DNA of 37,915 nucleotides from a virus, in IMG/VR virus record IMGVR_UViG_3300009943_000002, positions 1 through 37,915 of that record; one strand, given 5' to 3'. Positions 23,184-32,848 of the stretch are shown here, piece after piece. The notes under the pieces were generated by a model. The model had not been told where the DNA came from and searched no databases. It saw only the letters and a list, made by a program, of their open reading frames with translations. Made by a program: the position numbers and the translations under genes. How positions within the stretch are numbered: position 1 is the stretch's first letter; the number at the start of each line of letters is the position of its first letter.

Positions 23184-25127
23184 TCAATCCTCGAAAACTT
23201 TATTCCCGTACAGGTCCCATACCTTCTGGATGGTTTGTTCGTCGCTCATCTTGCCGGCCTCTTTTAATTTCTTAACGATGACCACCCGGGCCTGTGCAGG
23301 AACGGTGCCGGCCGGAACTACTTTTTCGATGGGCACGCCCTCCCGTATGGCAGTCAGTGCCCTGAGTTTTGTTCCGGGAGTTACGGGCATCTTTTTCTCT
23401 TTAAGGGTCTCGAATACCCCTCTTATTTCTTCCGGCTTGGCTGTAGGTATGTCGGGATCATAGAACCGGCCCATGTCGTAATTTTGTCCGGTGACCCACG
23501 GCCTCTTCTCGCCCAGGTACTGGAACAATGGAGCCGTCGCATCGAACCAGAACCTTCTCGCCTGTGTAACGACGGGTTTCATCAGTCGATCGGCCAATTC
23601 ATCCACCCTTGGATCGTTCGGCGTCAGTTTTTCTTTCGTCATCCACCAGTGGAGGGATTTAACAAAATCTTCCTTCAATTTCTTGGTGTCGGTATCAATA
23701 TCTTTATCATCCTTGAAATATTTTCGGACAGCCGAATCGAAATAATTGAATTGCCCCTTGAGACCTTGCCTGGAAACATTCTCGATTTCATGCAGGGCCT
23801 GGGCGAACTTGTCGCCACGAATACCGTTCTTTAGCAGATCGATGGGGTTTGTGATGGTGCCGTTGTATATTCCGATCAATGTTTTCACCCAATCGCCCTC
23901 GGCGGTCTTGGGCGTCTTTTCTCCGCCGGTTTCGATCAGCATCTTCCTGGCCTTGAACAAATCATCTTGATCAATCAGTCCGGCATCGGCCGCTTGTTGC
24001 ATCAACCTAAGTGCCTTGCTCGGCTGACCATTATTAACCAAACCATAAAAGTCATTGACCACCTTCTTCTGATTCTCTGCCCGGATACGGGCTATTTCGC
24101 TTTCATTATATCGTTTCTGTGCCTTAAAAAGATCAGAGAGCTTATCGGCCTGAGCCACATTCAGGCCCAGGGATTGATATTGTTTTGGGTCTTGCAGGAA
24201 GCGTATAGCCCCATCCGGATTGTCTTTGAATTGACCGTATAGGGCCTCATAGGCTGTATTGACCTTGGCCGACTCTTTTTCTTTCTCCAGTTTTTCCTGG
24301 GCAGATTGTATCTGTGCCTGATAATAGATGCGCCGCATGGGGTCCAGATCAACCAACTCGGCCGGATTCGATAAGATCTTATCCGCGGCTTCGGCGGCCA
24401 TATTCCCGTTTCGAACCGACATCACTATTCGCTTGGCATCGGCCTCGGCCAACCTCCCCAAGAGGCCCTTAGAGAGTTTATAGGCATCGGTCTTGCCGAT
24501 TACCCCGATCTGCTCCAGACCATAGAGGTCTTTAAGAAAGCCTTCTTTGAGCTGTCTGGCTTTGTCAGGGTTATCCTCGGCGGCAATCTGCCTCTCCACC
24601 AAATCCGCCTTTTCGTGCAGAGCTGCCACACTATCATCTATCGCCAAGGATCGGGCACGCTTCAATACCTGGGGATATTCGGAGATGGCATGGGCATCAT
24701 AGCGCGATACAAATTCATCCAGGTATGGGCCTTGCAGTTTGGTTTCTTTGAGAAATTTTTGCTTTTGGGATTCGGTGAAGTCCCGCCAGTCCTGATCAAA
24801 GTTCTGGTAGTCCGTTCTGTTATCCAGCTCGGCCAATTTCTCCATTAGGGCTCTATTGGTTGCATTTTCGGCCCTGATCAATTCCGCTCGCTGCTGGACA
24901 TGATAGAATTTTTCACCGATGCCGGTGATCTTATTCCCCAGGTCTTGGATGGCATTATATTTTTCCTGGAGTCCCTGGGTCATGAAACGTGAGGCCTGTA
25001 GGCCGGATGTGGCCGCTTCCGGATTGATCATCGGACCGGGCTGAATATCAGGCGCCCGCATAGGGACCGGTGCCGGTCTGGCAATCGGGGCCTCTACGGT
25101 ACGATCATAGGCAGGTATCCTGGGCAT
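23184..25127 (-). CDS. Internal virion protein (T7 gp15-like by position)
   Basis: 647 aa, helical, with a TAGGAGAAGG SD. Confidence 0.55.
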   Translation of the reverse strand: MPRIPAYDRTVEAPIARPAPVPMRAPDIQPGPMINPEAATSGLQASRFMTQGLQEKYNAIQDLGNKITGIGEKFYHVQQRAELIRAENATNRALMEKLAELDNRTDYQNFDQDWRDFTESQKQKFLKETKLQGPYLDEFVSRYDAHAISEYPQVLKRARSLAIDDSVAALHEKADLVERQIAAEDNPDKARQLKEGFLKDLYGLEQIGVIGKTDAYKLSKGLLGRLAEADAKRIVMSVRNGNMAAEAADKILSNPAELVDLDPMRRIYYQAQIQSAQEKLEKEKESAKVNTAYEALYGQFKDNPDGAIRFLQDPKQYQSLGLNVAQADKLSDLFKAQKRYNESEIARIRAENQKKVVNDFYGLVNNGQPSKALRLMQQAADAGLIDQDDLFKARKMLIETGGEKTPKTAEGDWVKTLIGIYNGTITNPIDLLKNGIRGDKFAQALHEIENVSRQGLKGQFNYFDSAVRKYFKDDKDIDTDTKKLKEDFVKSLHWWMTKEKLTPNDPRVDELADRLMKPVVTQARRFWFDATAPLFQYLGEKRPWVTGQNYDMGRFYDPDIPTAKPEEIRGVFETLKEKKMPVTPGTKLRALTAIREGVPIEKVVPAGTVPAQARVVIVKKLKEAGKMSDEQTIQKVWDLYGNKVFED

Positions 25128-25136
25128 TACCTTCTC

Positions 25137-25874
25137 CTAATAGATCTGTTTCTGCTGCGGGTAATTGTATGTATTAGTGGCCGTGTTCGACCTGAACTGA
25201 CTGTAGATATTGGCCGCATTGGTCAAGAGCGTCCCTTGGTTTCGAAGGCCAATACCCTGTGCCTCGTAGCCATAGCCCAAGGCCCTATAGGACCCGCCTA
25301 TGCCGGCCTGGTAGCCATATATCCTGGCGATTCTGGATTGTGACAGTAGGGCATTCTGTTCGACCTGTCCTTCTATGCCGGCCATCTGACCTTCCAGCCG
25401 ATAGCTCATGGCTTTCATCAGTGCCTGGTGTTCCGTATAATCGCCCGAGGCGAATATATTGGCCACGTCTGTCTCAATATCTGAGGCCGATTCCTGCATG
25501 ACCAGAAGTGGTGTCCCCTCCATCTCCACACCGGCCTTGGCATACCTGGCCTGTTGGCTTCCCATGATCCGGGAACCGGCTTGCCTGGTCCTGTTGACGG
25601 CATCCAGGGTACTGGTCTTGATGGACAGGGCTTCGGTTTCGGCCCCCATGGCATTGATCTCGGCGGCCCGCATCAAGATCGCCGTCTTTCCTGCCGCAAG
25701 CCCCGCCTGCTGTTCATATTCCCGGGCATTGGCAAAGTATAGATCCTGCTGGACACCGGCGATCAATCGTTCATAATAGGCTTGATCCCGGGCCGCTTGG
25801 GCCGATTCCTGCCCGGCCCGATACTGCATATAGGCTCCGATTCCCTGAATGATATAGGGTATGGCTGCTCCCAT
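25137..25874 (-). CDS. Internal virion protein (T7 gp14-like by position)
   Basis: 245 aa, rich in Gln/Ala/Gly with a C-terminal Gly/Tyr-rich tail. Confidence 0.5.
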   Translation of the reverse strand: MGAAIPYIIQGIGAYMQYRAGQESAQAARDQAYYERLIAGVQQDLYFANAREYEQQAGLAAGKTAILMRAAEINAMGAETEALSIKTSTLDAVNRTRQAGSRIMGSQQARYAKAGVEMEGTPLLVMQESASDIETDVANIFASGDYTEHQALMKAMSYRLEGQMAGIEGQVEQNALLSQSRIARIYGYQAGIGGSYRALGYGYEAQGIGLRNQGTLLTNAANIYSQFRSNTATNTYNYPQQKQIY

Positions 25875-26314
25875 TAGGCGAACCTCACAAAGCGATAATA
25901 GGTTTCTTGATTGGGTCCATATTTCTCCATCTTACTTTCCAGGAAAAACCCCAAGAGACGCACCCAGGCCAACGACCTCTTGTGGTATTCGACAATGTTC
26001 AACTGCACCCGATGTAGTTTTTCATCTCTTATGACCGCATTCAAATATCCACGAACACATTTTGTGAAGATGATCGGATAGCGTTCGACCAGGCTGCTGG
26101 TTCCGACCCAGGCTTCCCCAACGCCGGGCCAGAGAATCATCACTCCACCAATCGCCATAATCTCATCATCTACCAGCATGGTCATGAACGGTCCTAAATG
26201 GGCTATCTGCCTGATCATCTCTGAAGGCTCTTGAGGAGCGATAGACCGGCGATCTATTTCACGCAGCTTCAATCTGTCTGCATGTTCATCCCGAAAAGGC
26301 ACAAGGATAATCAT
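25874..26314 (-). CDS. GNAT-fold protein in the T7 gp13 position
   Basis: I prefer ATG 26314 (ATGA overlap with the gp12-like stop) to the longer track ORF. LHRVQLNIVEYHKRSLAWVRLLGFFLESKMEKYG resembles the GNAT C-terminal beta-alpha-beta unit. Confidence 0.5.
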   Translation of the reverse strand: MIILVPFRDEHADRLKLREIDRRSIAPQEPSEMIRQIAHLGPFMTMLVDDEIMAIGGVMILWPGVGEAWVGTSSLVERYPIIFTKCVRGYLNAVIRDEKLHRVQLNIVEYHKRSLAWVRLLGFFLESKMEKYGPNQETYYRFVRFA

Positions 26315-28641
26315 TGATCGTTCACCACCAGTTGCGGCATTATGGCCAAGACAGACATGGGTAACGGCTGTTCTTGCGTCACCCAAATCTTTCCCTCTCG
26401 ATTGTATCCGCCCGGCATCTTGATGACCTTATCTCCGCTGAATAATGGAACCGGTTCATCCATCGGATCTCCGGTAGAGCGGAAGGGGATCGTATCCAGG
26501 GCGGTATCGTCCACCCCGATGCTACCCCCCACCGTCTTGTAAAATCGTATGGCCGCCGAATGAATCCTCTGCTTTTTGGCCTGGGCCGTTCCGTCCGAGG
26601 ATCCTGCCTCAAGGCGGACGGTCTGCAATCTCGAATTATACCCGAGACCCACATGTATTTTTGATCCATACCATTGCAGGGTAATGGATCCGGAAGCAAC
26701 GGTCATGTCCGGATGAACCGCTCCATCTACCAGTACCTGAACCTTCTCACCCTCAAGATGGTCCAGACCGCTAATGGTATTGACCACCTTGCGAGCATAT
26801 CCGCCGCCCGTATACGAAGAATAAGAAGAGGAATTAACGCCGGAAAGTTGGAAGCTGACACCGGATACTACACCGGTCACCGTATAAGCTTCTCCTTTTC
26901 CGATATTGATCTCGGTCATGCCCTCCACGGCCCAGATACGGACTTTGTCTCCATCTTCGAAAGTATGCCCAGGAGCAGAGACTACTGCCGGATTGGCCTT
27001 GGTAATGCCCGTTATTTCTACGGCATAGCCGCCATCATAAGATAAGCCGGAGTCCACATAGAAGGCATCTTCGATGTCCTCTCCGAAATCTCCCTCCATC
27101 ATCTCGATATAGCGCTTGATATTGCCGCCAATCGTCCTTTTGACGACCAGCCAAACCTCATCATGCCCATAGAGGCCGGGGATAACCGCCACAGACTCTA
27201 CCAGCCCATCACCCCCAAGAATGTGCTTGTGCCAGGAAATGACCTCCTCTGCGGGATAAAAAGTGCACCCCAATAGAACCCCATCATTGCGGACCATCCA
27301 GATGATAGAGTCTGGGTCCTGCTGATAATCGAAACCGGCAATTCCTTCTTCGACCAAATGTCCCGATAGCAAGCTTAGGTCCTGACCCCGAAAAGAATCA
27401 TTGGCATAATCATAGGTCAGGTGTCTTAATGGATAGCCGTGCTTGCCTACAAAGATCAGGCTGGTATTGATCAACTTCCCTTGGATATTGGCGCTCCCAA
27501 AGGTATTTTCGCGCTCAAACCTGACATTGGTCGGGGTAATGGGGTCCAGGGAGCTGGAGGCCCCGGCGCTCCATTCACTGCCAAGAGTCCCGATGAGCAG
27601 CCGCCGATAGGGCTCGATCCATCTGATCTTGTCGACCCTATTCGAAGCAATGGTATAGACCAATGCATTATCATCGGCGGTTCCGGTGGTCATGTCGTAA
27701 TATGAGCCCGATACCGATCCCCATAAGGTTTGGGGTTGGGAAGGCGTAGCCCCCCACCATAGCCGCTGCTCAAAAAAGCCCACCACTCCGGGGTAATTGG
27801 TTCCGGTCCATTGTGCGGGCATCGAGGTAAAAGAAATGGCACTCAATTCCCAATGATCATGATCATACCGGATCAGTTTATAGGGCTGTACATTGGGATG
27901 GGCAATGTGCAGGACATCGGCGCTCTGGGCGAATCTCAGATAGGCGAGCTGGCTTTCCGTATAGGGAGAGCTGATTTTCAATGCCCCTATTTTCTGGACC
28001 GAAACGTCGTCAATTTTCCCGGTAAAATCGGCATCGGCCCGAAAAGTTATTTTTCCGTCTGATCCGGCGACGATCGTTTCCCGGTAAGTGCCATTGGCAG
28101 AAACAGCGGTTCCGGCTGTTCCCCCGACCATGGGCGTAACCGTTCCGGCCGTACGATCGGAAACGGTATAAACGACCTTGTAAGATTCTCCGGAGGTCAG
28201 GGTAATGGATTGATACAGGTCGGAAGTAGAGGTCTGGGAACCGTCACAATTAGCCGCGCCACCGCTGATGGTCCAGCCCGTTCCTTTCGTCCAGGAGGTG
28301 TCATTGGCAAACGAACCGTTGGTCACCAACTCAATTCCATCCGGACCCTCCAGATAGCCCTGGTCATAGAAAAAGCGCATATATTGATCGCCGATCTCAA
28401 TGATATAAGCCTGCTCTTCCGACCAGATGAAGGGTATCAAAATACATTGTTTGGTCGAGTCCACGGTTTCCAGGATGAATCGTGTCCCCGGCCTCCTGGT
28501 GGCCCCGCCGTGAGGATGAACGATGAAATTCTCCAGGACGGAACATCCATTGAAATAACGACTGATGTCCACCCGGCCCATCAGTCGGGGCGACAGTTCC
28601 CCCGAAGTGAAGTTTGTAAATATCGGCGATACTCTGGGCAT
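26311..28641 (-). CDS. Tail tubular protein B / nozzle (T7 gp12-like) with inserted domains
   Basis: 776 aa. The N-terminus (FTNFTSGELSPRLMGRVDISRYFNGCSVLENFIVHPHGGATRRPGTRF) is typical of podovirus tubular protein B. Confidence 0.75.
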   Translation of the reverse strand: MPRVSPIFTNFTSGELSPRLMGRVDISRYFNGCSVLENFIVHPHGGATRRPGTRFILETVDSTKQCILIPFIWSEEQAYIIEIGDQYMRFFYDQGYLEGPDGIELVTNGSFANDTSWTKGTGWTISGGAANCDGSQTSTSDLYQSITLTSGESYKVVYTVSDRTAGTVTPMVGGTAGTAVSANGTYRETIVAGSDGKITFRADADFTGKIDDVSVQKIGALKISSPYTESQLAYLRFAQSADVLHIAHPNVQPYKLIRYDHDHWELSAISFTSMPAQWTGTNYPGVVGFFEQRLWWGATPSQPQTLWGSVSGSYYDMTTGTADDNALVYTIASNRVDKIRWIEPYRRLLIGTLGSEWSAGASSSLDPITPTNVRFERENTFGSANIQGKLINTSLIFVGKHGYPLRHLTYDYANDSFRGQDLSLLSGHLVEEGIAGFDYQQDPDSIIWMVRNDGVLLGCTFYPAEEVISWHKHILGGDGLVESVAVIPGLYGHDEVWLVVKRTIGGNIKRYIEMMEGDFGEDIEDAFYVDSGLSYDGGYAVEITGITKANPAVVSAPGHTFEDGDKVRIWAVEGMTEINIGKGEAYTVTGVVSGVSFQLSGVNSSSYSSYTGGGYARKVVNTISGLDHLEGEKVQVLVDGAVHPDMTVASGSITLQWYGSKIHVGLGYNSRLQTVRLEAGSSDGTAQAKKQRIHSAAIRFYKTVGGSIGVDDTALDTIPFRSTGDPMDEPVPLFSGDKVIKMPGGYNREGKIWVTQEQPLPMSVLAIMPQLVVNDQ

Positions 28642-28653
28642 AGGCAGTGAACC

Positions 28654-29265
28654 TCAGTCGTTCGTGTCCATATAAATTAAATCATTGTCGGAAGATTCGC
28701 CTCGTGCAGTAATCCAAGACGAGGTCTGGTCTATGGTCTCTCTTCCCTCCAAGGCATCCATCTGCTTGGCCTCGGCCAGCTTCCCGGTGTATAACTGCCA
28801 CATGGTTTCCCGCATGGCGGCATTGGCAGTCAATCGGTAGGCTATTTCAGCGGCCAGACGGGCCGAAACGGCATTTGCCAGAAGTGGGGACAAGGCATTA
28901 AGATCCGTCACCCTTTTGATATACTCGATCGTCGCCGTGGCGGAATCGGTCTCCAGAGTTCTGCCGACGATTTTCCATTTATATCCATAGGCCTCTTCTT
29001 CGTAAAGTTTGACCACCCTTAGACAATAAGGATTGACCGGTAATGCATAGGAGTAGGCATAGCCAAAAAGCGGTGTCGTGGTGTTCTGCGCCAGGCTGGC
29101 CTTCTCCAGGGCACAACCCCAGACATGAGAAGCCAGGACTTCATCCAAGACCATATCGAAAGCGGCATTGCAGACCCTGGCTTCCTCGGTGTCCTGCGAG
29201 ATGGACATGATGACATTGGCTCCAAGAGCGATCAGGGCAGCATTGCAAATCTGGACCTTGTTCAT
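28654..29265 (-). CDS. Tail tubular protein A / adaptor (T7 gp11-like)
   Basis: 203 aa. ICNAALIALGANVIMSISQDTEEARVCNAAFDMVLDEVLASHVW...YSYALPVNPYCLRV follows the conserved gp11-type pattern. Confidence 0.7.
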   Translation of the reverse strand: MNKVQICNAALIALGANVIMSISQDTEEARVCNAAFDMVLDEVLASHVWGCALEKASLAQNTTTPLFGYAYSYALPVNPYCLRVVKLYEEEAYGYKWKIVGRTLETDSATATIEYIKRVTDLNALSPLLANAVSARLAAEIAYRLTANAAMRETMWQLYTGKLAEAKQMDALEGRETIDQTSSWITARGESSDNDLIYMDTND

Positions 29266-29462
29266 GCCTTTTTCTCCTTGGTCGATCCACCACCCTTAAT
29301 CGTTAGTTCTATGGGATCGGGCGATGATGCCTTTGTTTTTTCGGGTGATCCTACCGGCCGGAAATGATGAGACGGCGGATCTCCGTCAAAGGTATAGATT
29401 TTTCCAGCAGAATAATAACGACCCTTGCAATACGAATCTTTGGTGGCGATGAATTCTGTCAT
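29262..29462 (-). CDS. Hypothetical protein (66 aa)
   Basis: ATG 29462 with AGGAGG 7 nt upstream. Confidence 0.5.
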   Translation of the reverse strand: MTEFIATKDSYCKGRYYSAGKIYTFDGDPPSHHFRPVGSPEKTKASSPDPIELTIKGGGSTKEKKA

Positions 29463-29473
29463 CTTCAACCTCC

Positions 29474-29941
29474 TTATGCGTAGAATATATGATTACCGAT
29501 CCTGATCAATTCAGTTTTCTCTTTGGCCCATTTCGGCCTGATTGATTGCTCATGATAATACATAGCCACGGTATTCCGCTTGATTTCTCCGGATAGCAGG
29601 CCCGTGGCGATACGGAGACATTCAGCCAGAGATTTACCGATCTTGGGATCATTCAGCGCCCTTTGAAAGTTCTTGGCTATCTCTACGGCCCCAAGATAGT
29701 TAGGCTCCAGAGGATTCTCAATGGTCCAGGAAAACTGTGCCGGGGCCAGGATGACGGATTTGATTGAATTGCCATAAAGCTTCCCCCACACCGGGAATCT
29801 CTTTCCCCAAGCTACCCGATTCAAGACCACCGATCCGACGGCAACCTTGCCATCTTCAGGCTCGCCCCGGGCCTCCCGGTCAATGCATAGGGCAAGAAGT
29901 TCCTCGTCAGATAACTTATTGAAAATACTATTAGATTTCAT
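29474..29941 (-). CDS. Endolysin, SleB-type cell wall hydrolase (Hydrolase_2)
   Basis: ALCIDREARGEPEDGKVAVGSVVLNRV...SVILAPAQFSW matches the SleB/CwlJ core. I chose ATG 29941 because the longer track ORF overlaps the phosphoesterase gene extensively. Confidence 0.75.
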   Translation of the reverse strand: MKSNSIFNKLSDEELLALCIDREARGEPEDGKVAVGSVVLNRVAWGKRFPVWGKLYGNSIKSVILAPAQFSWTIENPLEPNYLGAVEIAKNFQRALNDPKIGKSLAECLRIATGLLSGEIKRNTVAMYYHEQSIRPKWAKEKTELIRIGNHIFYA

Positions 29942-30710
29942 TTGTCTGGTCAAATAACCTGATCGGCGGAAAGGTAATAGGATCAATGGTGATCCGTTTT
30001 CCCACATGAATGATTGCCCCGCCGATCTTAGGGTAATGAATGAAGTATCCCTTGGCCCCATAGGCCCGAATAGGGGACCATATCTTCCAACAGGGCAGAT
30101 AGGCCGCTCGGGTTGCCCCTGTGCAAATCTCGAAATATTTGTGGCCATGAGCGCCGAGGATCAGATCGGCCCTGCCTAACTGATCGGATAGGGCGTCACT
30201 ATATAACCTTGCCCGATCCAAGGCGGTCCCCTTGTACATGGTCGTCCCCAGATCATGAGCGGCGAAGATGGTCTTACCCGCGCCCTTCACCTTCCACCAC
30301 AACACCAACCCATAGCACTTTCCATTCGGCAATGTTGCTGCAATCTGGTGCTCGATGGATGTATCCAGGCTGCCGTGGTAGGGGGAGCCGGTAACCGAGA
30401 GGTATGGGCGATCACCAACAAACTCACCGACAATCCGCCTCGCTATGGCGACCTGGATATTGATGTCACTCATCAATATATCTGCCCCAAATTCCTTTCT
30501 ATTCACCCCTTCGATGGTGTCGCCCAGATTCAGGACATAGTCACAGTCTTTAGCCTCGTGGCAAAACTCTTCCCAGTATTCATACAGTTTTAACTGGGCC
30601 CTGTTCGCTCTGATGACATTGCCGCTCGGAAGCTCGTAGCTTCGGAGCATCATCCCAGCTGGATGACCGATATGGAGGTCCGCAAAGGCAGCGATAGATT
30701 TGACCGTCAT
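29931..30710 (-). CDS. Calcineurin-like metallophosphoesterase
   Basis: 259 aa. The ordered motifs are ADLHIGH (DxH), NLGDTIEG (GD), FAAHD and GAHGHK (GHxH). Confidence 0.7.
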   Translation of the reverse strand: MTVKSIAAFADLHIGHPAGMMLRSYELPSGNVIRANRAQLKLYEYWEEFCHEAKDCDYVLNLGDTIEGVNRKEFGADILMSDINIQVAIARRIVGEFVGDRPYLSVTGSPYHGSLDTSIEHQIAATLPNGKCYGLVLWWKVKGAGKTIFAAHDLGTTMYKGTALDRARLYSDALSDQLGRADLILGAHGHKYFEICTGATRAAYLPCWKIWSPIRAYGAKGYFIHYPKIGGAIIHVGKRITIDPITFPPIRLFDQTNEI

Positions 30711-30916
30711 AATTCTACCTGGTCGGTCCCCAGAAGGGCATTGAGCAGTTCATAGTTGATGTTCCGGATTTGTTTGATGGGCAGTCCTAACGCACCTAAC
30801 TTGCACCGGATGCTGTCTTCGCTGCGATTCAGGACGGCCACCATATCCTTCAATGACACCCCCCTGTCATACATCTGTTTCAATATTCGTGTTTCCTCAT
30901 CAGTCCAAAGCATCAT
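30707..30916 (-). CDS. Small Myb/SANT- or GcrA-N-terminal-like DNA-binding protein
   Basis: WTDEETRILKQMYDRGVSLKDMVAVLNRSEDSIRCKLGALGL. Confidence 0.45.
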   Translation of the reverse strand: MMLWTDEETRILKQMYDRGVSLKDMVAVLNRSEDSIRCKLGALGLPIKQIRNINYELLNALLGTDQVEL

Positions 30917-31232
30917 TCTTTGACCTCCGCCGGCGGAATAGCGACAACAATCTTGGATTATCAGCCAAGAGCTGCTGTATGGAGCAGGCCAAGCTCTGGA
31001 TAGTCGAATGTTCCAGGCTCAGATCCAGGCTGGCGTTGATGATCTCCACGGCTTCGTGGAGGATGACTTCACGAATCTGCGACAGGGAATAGCCCGGGTC
31101 ATATCGGATTTCGTTCTGGGAAATAAGCGCCAGCCCGCCTGCTTCAAACTGCTCGTTCAGGTTGGGGTCAGCAATAACCCGATATTCGTGCCCCAGAACA
31201 CGCAACTTCGAGATTACCGGACCTTCACCCAT
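30900..31232 (-). CDS. Hypothetical protein (110 aa)
   Basis: Overlap-coupled ORF. It has a HEAVE motif, which is not a true HExxH. Confidence 0.5.
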   Translation of the reverse strand: MGEGPVISKLRVLGHEYRVIADPNLNEQFEAGGLALISQNEIRYDPGYSLSQIREVILHEAVEIINASLDLSLEHSTIQSLACSIQQLLADNPRLLSLFRRRRSKNDALD

Positions 31233-31423
31233 GTCCGCTCCAGTTCCTTTTCGTCGAAGTCATGCCAATCAATTCCCCAGGTTTCTTTGAGCGCATCAAG
31301 ATCGGTCTCTATCTGGCGAATATCGTCCATGTGCCGTATTCGTTCTTTAGCTAAAAACCAGGCCAGGGCTTTGGCTTCTGATTTATTCCCGACCAGCCGG
31401 ATGAAAATATCATTCGACGCCAT
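31214..31423 (-). CDS. Hypothetical protein (69 aa)
   Basis: Overlap-coupled ORF in the accessory block. Confidence 0.45.
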   Translation of the reverse strand: MASNDIFIRLVGNKSEAKALAWFLAKERIRHMDDIRQIETDLDALKETWGIDWHDFDEKELERTWVKVR

Positions 31424-31748
31424 GCTTCACCATTAGTTTGGCCACTTCATCGCAATCTATCCCCAATTTCTGGCATAAGATGATGTTGGTGTAGAGCAGG
31501 GTTCCAAGGATCAGACGAATCTGTTTAATATCCTCATGAATCTCTTTGAATCTGGCATCGTCTGCAGCAAGTTTGAAGTTTTGGGCCTCCACTAAGGCCA
31601 TTATCCGATTCAAACACGCTTCCCGCTCTTTTGCGCACATTGCCGCTGTCACCCTCGATGATTCAGCAAAATACCGGTCCCAGGCCCACTTCCCCAATAG
31701 CGCTAAGATAGCTGAAATGATAATGTAAACTACTTGCTCCCAAGTCAT
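31410..31748 (-). CDS. Membrane protein, holin candidate
   Basis: 112 aa with an N-terminal TM segment (VVYIIISAILALLGKWAW) and a second hydrophobic stretch (IRLILGTLLYTNIILC). Confidence 0.35.
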   Translation of the reverse strand: MTWEQVVYIIISAILALLGKWAWDRYFAESSRVTAAMCAKEREACLNRIMALVEAQNFKLAADDARFKEIHEDIKQIRLILGTLLYTNIILCQKLGIDCDEVAKLMVKHGVE

Positions 31749-31767
31749 GGATTGTATGTGGCTCTTT

Positions 31768-32043
31768 CTATTTTTTCGGTTTAACCGTCGCCCAATATCC
31801 AGGGGTCTGATTATATGACATATACGCTTTTAGTTCCGACTTGGCTATAATCTCATTATTCTCGTCATCCCATTTCCATCCGACATACTCGCCATTGGCG
31901 TCGAAACAGTTTTTGGGCCTGACTATCCTGACTAAATCACCATCAACCCCAATCACCTTGAGAATAGGAGTTAACATCTCATGCCAGACATCACCGACTT
32001 CAGGATGACATAGATGTTTTTCTTCCAAAGCGTTTTCCATCAT
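31768..32043 (-). CDS. Hypothetical protein (91 aa)
   Basis: ATGA-coupled to the upstream gene. Confidence 0.5.
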   Translation of the reverse strand: MMENALEEKHLCHPEVGDVWHEMLTPILKVIGVDGDLVRIVRPKNCFDANGEYVGWKWDDENNEIIAKSELKAYMSYNQTPGYWATVKPKK

Positions 32044-32618
32044 GGATTGAATATGACCCCCATATTGATCTGTCCTGGCCTTGCTCCCAATTCAAGCAAT
32101 CGATCTCTAATGGCCAGCCCAAGACGGAATCCACAACGATCAGGTCCATCATTGGCAATGATAGTTACCGACTTGGTCCTATCAACAATCAGCTTGCTGG
32201 CAGCCTCTCTCACGATCCTGTCGAACCATTGATGGACGGATGCCCGAAGTCCATGATCGGCATTGAACCCGGCAAGGGAGCCTGCGCCATCGTCCGGCAT
32301 AGTAGGATCAGGACCAAAAGCATATATAAAGGCCAGGGCGTAATAGAGCGCATTGTCGTTGGGATGTTGGAATCCTGCGGCCCTCATCATATCAGGGATC
32401 TTATCCATATCAGCAACAACGAAAGAATTGGAGGTAGATGGTTGAGGGAATTCCGCTGCTGGGGCGGTATATTCCGGCTTTTGTTCATTGGCGAAGAATT
32501 CCTTCAATGCTTCCAAACATGCCTCTTTCATCGCTGCTTTGAGGTCGGGCAGGTATTTTGGGATCAACGGCTCGGCCTGTCTCACAATCTCCTTGGCAAT
32601 ACTATCCCAGATTCCCAT
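32040..32618 (-). CDS. Hypothetical protein (192 aa)
   Basis: GGGAGGTGG SD. Confidence 0.55.
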   Translation of the reverse strand: MGIWDSIAKEIVRQAEPLIPKYLPDLKAAMKEACLEALKEFFANEQKPEYTAPAAEFPQPSTSNSFVVADMDKIPDMMRAAGFQHPNDNALYYALAFIYAFGPDPTMPDDGAGSLAGFNADHGLRASVHQWFDRIVREAASKLIVDRTKSVTIIANDGPDRCGFRLGLAIRDRLLELGARPGQINMGVIFNP

Positions 32619-32630
32619 TCAGCCACCTCC

Positions 32631-32840
32631 CTATTTTGCCACATCACCCAATAGTTTGATAAGGCTGTCCACGAATCCCACCTGCCACCAGGGTTTGGGG
32701 ATATATGACTTCCGCCCGTCCTTGGTCACCACCACGGCGTAATTGCGGGCGGTCATGCTCCCGTCGGCCTTGATGGTAATGGTCGGCGAACACCCCGCCA
32801 GGAACCCGATCATCATTCCAACCACGATCAATCTTTTCAT
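32631..32840 (-). CDS. Lipoprotein (possible o-spanin or exclusion protein)
   Basis: Signal peptide with an LAGC lipobox (MKRLIVVGMMIGFLAGC). GAGGTAGG SD. Confidence 0.6.
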   Translation of the reverse strand: MKRLIVVGMMIGFLAGCSPTITIKADGSMTARNYAVVVTKDGRKSYIPKPWWQVGFVDSLIKLLGDVAK

Positions 32841-32848
32841 GGCCTACC

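Noticed and set aside
29474-30148. The long forms of several track ORFs: 29474-30148, 25874-26386, 33506-34102, 36939-37445, 37408-37896 and 7616-7897.
   Set aside because: The upstream extensions overlap the preceding gene extensively and lack an SD. Internal ATGs with a GGAGG-type SD or ATGA/TAATG coupling give non-overlapping genes, so I used the shorter coordinates.
30900-31232. A zinc metalloprotease call based on the LHEAVEII motif.
   Set aside because: The motif is HExxE, not HExxH, and no third ligand motif is evident. I left the ORF as hypothetical.
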